Origin: Lepidodermella squamata
Lineage: Eukaryota; Animalia; Gastrotricha
Direction: 5' to 3'
Assembly (NCBI GenBank): GCA_047495785.1
Contig: JBLDXI010000007.1
Coordinates: 558,001 to 622,000 of the forward strand
Length of the DNA: 64,000 bases
Part shown: positions 53,433-64,000 of the stretch, in pieces
How positions within the stretch are numbered: the stretch's first letter is position 1
Layout of the letters: every line of letters begins with the position of its first letter
Notes under the pieces: model-generated
What the model was told of the DNA's origin: nothing
Database searches by the model: none
The model's input: only the letters and a program-made list of their open reading frames with translations
Position numbers and translations under genes: made by a program

Positions 53433-54754
53433 CATCGTTCGATAGACGCTTGTAGTCTTCGAAATAGCTTTCGCCCTATTGCCAGATGCTTTGAGTTAGC
53501 TAAACGTATGTTTGAAATTTGGTACTTTTTGTTAGAATCTTCGTGCGATGGATTGTCTGGATTAGTTTTCAATCACTGCTAATACGATGTTCGTTTTCAG
53601 TTTTCTACTTGCGTTTTCGGACCCAAACATGACTGTGTTGTTACAGAGATTTCGTAAAGACACTGCGTGGATCTAACTCTTGTAAAACGGATCTTTGAAG
53701 CGAAAAATGTGTTTATGCATAGTAACTTCTATTTGTTTACGTTTAACGCCTGTCATGGCGCGCCACTTCCCAGGCTGTGTCGTTAAGTGAATTATCAACA
53801 GATGAACGAATAAATCTATATATGAATATATAATAAAAAAAGATGAATATATTATCTCTTATGCACCGTGCCTGCTATAATTTAGTCTCCTTTTCTTTGT
53901 TTCGTCGATTTGTACGTGTAATATATATAAATGTCTGCGCTATTTACTATCCGCGAAATGTGTGTATATAATTATAATTTTCTGCGATTCTGAACAACAT
54001 CTAATGACGACGATGAAGAAAAAATAGGCATTGTTACCGTCGTTAAATGCTTTATTACTTTTGATACGTGGTAGCGTGAAAAGAACGAGCTTTTACTTCT
54101 ACTAACATTTCTGTGAACTGAGGAAGATCGATTGATCGGCTTCCAACCATCTTCTAGTGGCGACGTGTTCTGCAGATTACCCAGTTGAGATGACTGATGA
54201 AGCGTTCATTGAGAAGCTGTGGTATTAGAAATTTGTGGGCCTTCTGATTTCATCGGAACAAGCAATTGTTGTTTAAATACAATTATATTTGTTTTATTGT
54301 CTCTGGACGCCACCGTCCGGTTTTTAGTAGCTGCTACACGTGATGTTATAGAGAGCCGAGCAACGATTTAACGGGAATGATGCTAATAAATCATTCCCGT
54401 TTCTCTTGTAGGTAGCAGAGTATTCAAATTAATAATGATATACACACTTTCCCAACCCTTTCGCCTACTCGCTCACCGTTGTCCGCGATACAAAGCGCGA
54501 ACTTTTCGCGAAATTGCACTTCATTTTGTTGCTTCTTATCTCGCTGTTGGCGCCAGAGAATACTGTGTTCTGCGACTTCTGAAGAAAAACTAATCATAAA
54601 AAAATTGAGAAGAAAAAGCAAAGCTTAATTGTTTGTTTAACACGTAAAAAATACGAGAAATTGTAGCATGTCGTTTTGTTACAAATAAATGCGAAGTGGT
54701 TATTCAATGTGGTTTTTTCTTGCCTTAAAAATTTGATAATTCTCATAAATAGGG

Positions 54755-56516
<1,762 letters not shown>

Positions 56517-56569
56517 ACACAACTAATTTATCGAACATTGCCCGAAAATTTCGATTGATTTGAATTTGT

Positions 56570-56587
56570 GAATTTTCTTCTTTATAG
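56570..56587 (+). promoter_or_regulatory. Unpaired 3' splice acceptor upstream of UNG (putative trans-splice site)
   Basis: AATTTTCTTCTTTATAG, 22 nt before the ATG, inside a 93-bp intergenic gap. Confidence 0.55.
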
Positions 56588-56609
56588 ACACAAATCAAGT
56601 TAAACACGA

Positions 56610-57659
56610 ATGATTAGATCGCAAAATAAAATCACGTCATTCTTCAGCCCTAAAACTATGGCGTCGCATGCGGCGGCGGCGGATGGTCATGTGAGTCATA
56701 AAATCAATAAAAGAATTATTTTATTTAAAAATTGAATTTTAAAGGATCAAAAACGTTTGCGATTGGAGTCTTCGTCGAGCGTCGACGAAGGAATAAGTGA
56801 TGCTAAGGAAAATGGGACTTCTTCCGCCACTCCCAGCCGATCAATCTCGAGCAGTCTGAGCCAGCGATCAATCGACGAGTCGATCCCAGCCTCGCCGAGT
56901 GGCGCGCTAACCCGTGAACAACGGGAAAGAGCTGCCATCAAACAAGCCGAGGCTAAAATGCGTTTACTCGAGAAAGAGGGCTGTTTTCTCACCGGTATGG
57001 GGGTTAGCTGGTTTCGAGCTATTCAACAGGAATTCGCCAAGGACTACTACAAGGAGCTGAGCGCTTTCGTTGCCGAAGAACGGAAGAAATTCACAATTTT
57101 CCCACCAGCCGCTGACGTCTTCTCGTGGACTCGTTTTTGCGAATTCAACGAAGTCAACGTTGTCATTATCGGCCAGGATCCTTATCACGGGCCTCGGCAA
57201 GCTCACGGCCTGTGCTTCAGTGTGCAGAAAGGCGTGCCCCACCCTCCCTCGCTCGTCAATATCTTCAAAGAAGTCGAGACTGATATTGACGGCTTTAAAA
57301 CCCCAGTCTCCGGCGATTTAACCGGCTGGGCCAAGCAAGGTGTGCTGCTGCTCAATACGGTGCTCACGGTTCGTCAAGGCCAAGCCAATTCGCATGCTCA
57401 ACGCGGCTGGGAAAAATTTACGGACGCCGTTATCTCTTCGCTTTCAGCTAAACGCAACGATTTGGTATTCCTTCTGTGGGGCAAACCGGCCCAGGACAAG
57501 CAGAAGTTGATCGACAAGAAGAAGCATCACATTTTAACGGCACCCCACCCGTCACCGCTGTCGGTTTACCGAGGCTTCTACGGGTGCAAACACTTCTCGC
57601 AAGCTAATTCTCTGCTGAAAGCCGCTGGCCGTCCTCAAATTGACTGGAAAAACCTGTGA
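56610..57659 (+). CDS. UNG: Uracil-DNA glycosylase family 1 (nuclear UNG2-type); intron ~56691-56744
   Basis: N-terminal PIP box QNKITSFF, RPA-binding-like LTREQRER..., catalytic GQDPYH, GVLLLN, HPSPLS. Confidence 0.96.
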
Positions 57660-57778
57660 ATTTCATGACAATTTTACTCAATTTTCTTTCTTTGTTGCTT
57701 TCTCGTCGTCGGAGGAAATGACGATTTTGTACTTGTTGTCTTAATTTGAATTAGGTCGTTTTTACAAATGGTGTTGTG

Positions 57779-59356
57779 ATGAGGACAAGCCGAAAACGGG
57801 CCCATTTGTCTGTTGATTCTGTGACGAGTCGGCCGAGTGACGAAAAGCCGGCTGAATCAACACCGCCTGAAAAAAGCATGAAGGCGGTTGACGCCCTCGC
57901 TAGCCTGCCCTCTCGCATCGCTAAGCATGTGCAAAACATTCGTATGATGCGGTCCGCCCGCGATGCTCCTGTCGACACGATGGGCTGCGATAGGCTGCCG
58001 GACGACAACGCTGATCCGAAGGTATTAGCTTTAATATTTAAGCTGCTTATTTCCACACCCGGAAAAGCTGGAAAGGGACTGATTAACACGTACTGATAAG
58101 GTCACTACATGAGGAGAAATCATTTTCCTTATCGATCGTCATTTTAATAATATGGAAATAGAAAATATTTGAGAATTTAAAAGGCGTGCCGCAACGCGTG
58201 GATACTTTTTCGCAATACCGAAAGATGAAAAAAACAGCGTTGTATAAAATTCGTTGTCTTACAAGCTTTCGAGAGACTAAAAAATCAGCGCGATATGGGG
58301 CCACTGCATATTTTTAAAACCATGAATAAATATTGTTGGGTAAACTGTTGAATGGCCTTATCTCACGTGGTTCTCTCTGTAGCTGAATAAAAATGTGATG
58401 AATGGTCATGGTAGGGCATCTATCTGAATTTGAAGTATAAACACGGGCATTTAGGACTGTCTGCAATTTTAAGAAGATTTTTTTCAAAATTCGACCAAAT
58501 TTCAAGGGCGAGTCATGAAACTCACAATGTTGTCGCGTACGCAACTGAATTTTCAAATTTCACCTCGAATTTTCCTAGGTTAGCCGAACACGTTTTAAAT
58601 GGCCAATAATCAGCTAAATAAAATCTCGAAATTTAGAGTAAAATTAGGAATCATTTCAGAATGTTTTGAGCTAACCTTCAAAAACCGGTACTTGAACCAT
58701 GTAATGAGGAAAATCAACCGAATTCAGGTAGAAATGGGTAATAATATTTTACTCATTTTTTCTAGACAAAACGCTACCAGGTGCTTTTGTCTTTGATGCT
58801 ATCTGCTCAAACGAGGGACGAAGTGACCGCAGCTGCTATGACGCGACTCAAAGCGAAAGGCTGTACAATGAAATCGATGACAGAAATGCCTGAAACTGAA
58901 TTAGCCGACTTGCTCAAGCCTGTAGGAATGTACCGTAAGAAAGCTGGTTACATCAAACGCGTGACTGATATTTTGATCGAAAAATACGACTCTGATATAC
59001 CGCGTGATTTCAAGGAGTTGTGCTCGTTGCCTGGCGTTGGCCCGAAAATGTCGCTGCTAACCTTGGAGGCCGGTTGGGGTATTTCGGCCGGAATTGCAGT
59101 TGACACGCACGTTCATCGCATTGCGAACCGCCTCGAATGGGTTGACAAGCCGACGAAAGACCCCGAGCACACTCGAGCCAAGTTGGAAAGCATCTTCCCG
59201 AAGGAAATGTGGCCAGAGATTAACCACATGCTAGTCGGGTTCGGGCAAACTATTTGCCGCCCTGTTGGCCCGCGTTGCTCAGACTGTTTGAACAAAGAGA
59301 TCTGCTCAGTTGGACAGAAATCTATCAAAACGTCCAAGTATTTTGATAAAGACTGA
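57779..59356 (+). CDS. NTHL1: Endonuclease III-like DNA glycosylase/AP lyase; intron 58022-58765
   Basis: APVDTMGC, LMLSAQTRD, HhH LPGVGPKM, GIAVDTHVHRI, 4Fe-4S motif CRPVGPRCSDCLNKEIC. Confidence 0.95.
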
Positions 59357-59449
59357 ATTTTTCTGCTCACAAACTAGTCTTAATTTTTTCTTATATTTTG
59401 TTTTACTCAAAACAATTTTGCCTAGTATTTTTGCTTGATGCTCAACTAG

Positions 59450-60238
59450 ATGAAAAGCTCCTTTGTTAAATTGTTGAATATACCCATAGCATGCTTGAGT
59501 TCCGAGTCGTTGAAAAATGCGTCACGTTTCAAACCGAGTTCACAAGCTTGGCTTCGCCGCCAATTGTCAGACCCCTACGTTAAAAAGGCCTCAGTTGACA
59601 ACTACCGATGCCGATCGGCGTATAAATTGATTGAAATGGACGATAAGTATAAATTCTTGCAGCCTGGCGGAATTGTTGTTGATCTTGGCGCTTCGCCCGG
59701 TTCTTGGAGCCAAGTCGCTGCGAAAAGGGTCAATGCAGATAAAACAGGTTGGAATTTTTCAAAATATTTGAATTTTCTAATTATTTCAAAAAATTATTAA
59801 GATAGTCGTAAACCTATCGGCCGGGTTTTAGCGGTCGATCTAAGCCATTTTTTGCCTATGCCTGGTGTTCAATCATTTTGCGGCTGTGATTTCACAAAGC
59901 AAGAAACCCTGGACAAATTAAACGACGCTTTGAAAGGTCAGAAAGTTAACGCCGTTATCAGTGATATGGCTCCAAATGCAAGCGGTGTCCGCGAGTTGGA
60001 TAAAACAGTCATTCTAGACCTATGTACCAAAGCCCTGACATTTGCTCAACTTGTCCTCAAGCCAGGCGGCTCTTTCTTGTGCAAATTCTGGGACGATCCG
60101 TTGACAACTCAGCGGCTGAAAAGTTCGGCCCTGAGTGCTGGCTTTGAATTCACGAAATTTCTACGCCCTGCTGCTTGCCGGGCAGACTCAAGCGAAATGT
60201 ACCTTTTCGCCCATAATTTTCAAGGGAAAAAGCAGTGA
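59450..60238 (+). CDS. MRM2: Mitochondrial rRNA 2'-O-methyltransferase (FtsJ/RlmE family); intron ~59748-59801
   Basis: [52 protein letters not shown]. Confidence 0.93.
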
Positions 60239-60295
60239 AATTTTATATTTTAATTTTAATTATTTTACTCTTATTTGGATAGATTTTTTTGTTGA

Positions 60296-61454
60296 ATGAA
60301 AAAGCATTTGTTGTTCGCTGTTGGTTTTCCGTTGGCTGATGTGATTATTCACGATGTAGCTGAAGATATCTACGACCAGTTCAATTTGCCTAAAGATGGC
60401 ACCGTCCTCGGCTCGCCGGATCTTTTCGACCGGCTCCTCGGCGATTACGGTCATTTGATCGAAAATTTGACGATGGGCGGCTCGGCTCTGAACACCCTGC
60501 GCGTTTTCAGGGCCGCTAATACCTACAGCAGCGAATCACATGCCGCTTTCATTGGTTCAGTTGGTGATGATTGCGTTTCGCGTGAAATGGTTGCGAAACT
60601 GGAGGAATCTGAAGGAATTCGATGCGTCTTTCAGACGATAAAAGATTCAAATTTCCGCTCTGGCTGTTGTTTTTCTCTGCCAAGCGGCGACGACCGATGT
60701 ATGGCCACTTTTCCATCAGCATCTCGGCAACTTTCAGTCGAATTCGTTCGCCAGGCCCTCGAAGGGTTGAGCCAAGCTGGTTGCCAGGGTGTTTTTATTG
60801 TCTCTTATTTATTCAATATTTCGGCTGATATTGTTGAAATGTAATTCGTGTTAAAAATATTTTTAATTTTTTAAATCATGATTTTTTTTCTTTAGAATTG
60901 CCGATCAGTGCCTGAAGCAGAACGTGCCAATCTTGTTGAGCCTTTCATCCCCGTTGATGTGTTCGATACACGCTCAAAATATAATGAAAATTTTATTGCT
61001 AAAACCGAAATTAGTCAAATTAATCATTGGAAATCGCGCCGAAGTTGAGACATTGGTGCGAACGTTGAACGGCAATGTTAACATGAAATTAGAGGAATGC
61101 GTTGCGTGGTTAGCCGAGCCTGGTCGCGTTATTATCGCAACTTGCGGCCAGGATCGCAAAATTCTCGCCTGCCAATCCGTCGGAAAAGTCGAAGAATTCG
61201 TTCATTTTACCGACGCAAATTCCGTTGCGATCGATGCTACGGCGGCCGGAGATGCGTTTGCCGGCGGATTTCTCGCTAAATTCTTGAATAACGATCCTTT
61301 ATATGCATGTGTTGAGTCAGGCTTCCATTGGGCGAGTGAAATTGTGAAGAAGAGCGGCTGTCAAATACCGAATAGAGATTCTAGCCTTGTCCCATGCAAA
61401 AACAACGCCGGCCATTGTTCTTTCTGTGCTAAAATTATCGGCTTGAAAAATTGA
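60296..61454 (+). CDS. pfkB-family kinase, adenosine-kinase-like; intron 60841-60895
   Basis: GGSALNTLR, FIGSVGDD, SGCC, GNRAE, DATAAGDAFAGGF pfkB signature. Confidence 0.85.
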
Positions 61455-61546
61455 AATTTTATGCTAATTTTTAATTCTATTTTGACGTGTTGATTCATGA
61501 TTACGGGACATTTTTATCTAATATCAAATTTATTGTTGTAATATCG

Positions 61547-61565
61547 ATTTTTCCTTAATTTATAG
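61547..61565 (+). promoter_or_regulatory. Unpaired 3' splice acceptor abutting the EMC7 ATG (putative trans-splice site)
   Basis: TTTTTCCTTAATTTATAG|ATG. Confidence 0.55.
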
Positions 61566-62365
61566 ATGTTTCCTATTAAATATTTTATTGCTCTATTTGT
61601 GATTCTTGCCAATTTCGGAATTTTCTCCGTTCAAGCTGAAGATTCTGGAAATGCTGTGGCTGTGACGGCGAAAGTTGAAGGCCGCATTGTTGAGCCTGAA
61701 AATTTGACGTTGGACTTTCACACGTGGCTGCGCGATGTTTCGATTCAACTCGACGGCGGTGCCTATATCACATTCCCGAGAATGGACGGTACATTCGAAT
61801 TCCCGGACGTTATGCCTGGGTCGTACCTGCTCGAAGTTGTCAACCCTAGTCAGGCGTTTGAAAAAGTCCGCATCGACATCACTTCGAACGGCAAATTGCG
61901 AGCTCGGGCGTGGAATATTCTCAAACCGGCCGAGGTTAAACTGCTGACTTACCCGCTCAAGTTGAAATCTGAAGGTTTTGTGCCGTTTTTCCAACGCCGC
62001 GAGGAGTGGCGAATCACCGATTTCTTATTCAACCCTATGGTTTTGATGATGGTTGTACCACTGATCTTCATTTTCATCATGCCGAAAATGCAGCAAGACG
62101 ACCCTGAAGTCCGCCAGCAGGTCGGTGAAATCCACCTTAATTTTTTTATCAGAATTTTAATTATTTCTCGTTTCAGATGCAAGCGATGATGAACCCAGGC
62201 CAAAGCCTGCCTGATATGTCTGAAACGCTCACGCGAATGTTCGGCGGTGGCGGTAACCCGGGTCAAAACCGCCGAGCTGTGACCGCGGGTAGCTCAGCCG
62301 CCGGTGGTGCGGCGGGTGCCAGCGGTGGCGCCTCAAAACGCAGCGGTTCCAACCGACGGAATTAA
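61566..62365 (+). CDS. EMC7: ER membrane protein complex subunit 7; intron 62121-62177
   Basis: Signal peptide, DGTFEFPDVMPGSYLLEV, VRIDITSNGKLRAR, FQRREEWRITDFLFNPMVLMMVVP, DPEVRQQM. Confidence 0.94.
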
Positions 62366-64000
62366 GCTCAAATGTTGATGGCTTTCTGTTTTTATCATCA
62401 TCTTTACTCGATTGATTTGTCCCACAAAAAAAACGTACATCTGTAGTCTTGTCAATTTGCCTGTATTGTAATGTGTTTGTTTGTTTGTTAAAATGAGTAA
62501 TATCGACGACGATGCGTAAAATAAAGAAATCGACGATGAGACGATATGACTGTTAAGAAGGGAAAGGTAGGGTTTGGCGAAATTTGTGAATCGTGAGGTT
62601 TTAATGCCGCTTTCAAGATCATTGAACGTGGAGTCCAACGATATCAAAAAGAGGTTGATATCCATCAAGGTTGCTGAGGAGCTGGGCTTCAAAGTTTACA
62701 GATGAAAATTGGTAATTTCGAAAAATGTGCTCCTGAAACAGCGTTTCTCACGACTGGGCATTTTACGACCCTAGAAGTGGTTTTCAAGAAAGTGGTGCGA
62801 CCCTGGAGTTTGAAATTTTCATTTTTGGGGTTGCATTTCAAATTTAAATTTTTAAATTTTCTTCTTTTTTAAATGTTTAATTACGCTGTTAGGCCTCTTT
62901 AGCAGGAACTAGTAATGGGCATCTCAAATTGTGAATACGCTTGGAACATGGATCCTGCAGCTGCCCATGCTGAAAATAATTATTTGCTATATTCCTAAAA
63001 ATGACGAGCGAAGCGCGGAAATTTTGAAGATTGTTCACTAAAAAATGCTCCAAATCCTGTTAGAATTGAGTGCGCTAGGTTTCATGTTCGTCTGCGTTCT
63101 GACCGAGCTGACCATCGTCTGAAAGTCGCACTCTGGCTAGGAAAGAGAGAAAATTAGCTTGAAAATTTAGAATTAGCTGGTTAATAAGTTTCAGAGCTGA
63201 AATTGTTGAAAAAGCACGTTAAACAGAACTGGAAAATTGATAATAAGTTATTTTTCACTTTTATCTCATCACTCATCATTTATTGAGCTTTTTACATATT
63301 TTTGCTTTGCGACCCATGCGACCCGCGGTCCAACCAGCGACTCGTCAGAAAAGCACCTGCGGCCCAATTTTGGGTCACCTCATGAGAGCTTAAAAAAAGC
63401 AGTTTTTTTTAATCAATCGATAATTCGTCGCGCAATTAATTCGGATGTTATTTTCTTGTGCGTATTCGAGATTTTTTGGGGTAATCTGAGGTGAGGAATG
63501 CAGTTCACTTGTTAACGGTCATATGTATTAATTTCGCATTCACTAGTAGTACTTCGAGTGCGCGGAAATCACACTCAAGTGGGTTGCATCAAACGCGTGC
63601 GGGTTCTGGTTGAGCCTCCTTAAAAGTGGAATTTTCAATTTAGTTCCCGTCGAGAGCGCACCTCGCACGCGCCCGTTAAGGCTTGATCGCGCAGCACGGG
63701 CCCGGCGGGCGGAATAGCGGCGGAAGCTGGAGATTTACACCTGACGAGGTCGCTGGTGCCATCCTACTGCCCGCTAGTAGTTCACTATATGGCTGTCATT
63801 GGTGTTTGCCAGGGATAATTGCACCTTGTCGTTTACACGTGTTATCTATCTATAGGCACGAGGCGATCATTAGCGTATCACTTTTATTAGGCAGAACGAG
63901 CTGTATAACCAGATGACGTGGAGAGCCATAATAATATTTTTGTGATACTCCTGAGGGCTGCCCGGGTGTTGCAACTTTGACAGTGTCACTGGCAATAAGT

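Noticed and set aside
63741-63760. CTGACGA as a hammerhead ribozyme core (also 25655 and 63341 on the minus strand)
   Set aside because: No correctly placed GAAA or stem II/III.

Overview
Compact invertebrate (metazoan) genomic DNA with mostly 45-65 nt spliceosomal introns. Minus-strand block (1-22.6 kb): a divergent paladin (PALD1) pseudophosphatase, DRG2, IMMP2L, a TA-flanked MITE, an Lbx homeobox gene and a divergent Tob. After about 8 kb without a recognisable gene, 16 consecutive genes lie on the + strand (31.1-62.4 kb): an orphan coiled-coil ORF, a GCR1_C-like gene, MFSD11/UNC-93 paralog a, MESD, MFSD11 paralog b, PPP4R1, ADSL, ZGPAT, a conserved multipass membrane protein, DDIT4/scylla-like, DECR1, UNG, NTHL1, MRM2, an adenosine-kinase-like pfkB gene and EMC7. 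Many stop-to-start gaps are only 57-120 bp. In the DECR1-EMC7 run each gap is U-rich, ends in an unpaired 3' splice acceptor and lacks AATAAA. This is the pattern expected of eukaryotic operons resolved by spliced-leader trans-splicing. Other notable signals: a fungal/Crypton-type GCR1_C-like domain gene, tandem alternative terminal exons in MFSD11a, possible dual targeting of DECR1, and two GC-rich multi-hairpin non-coding islands. All gene identities come from manual translation and recalled family motifs, not from database searches.
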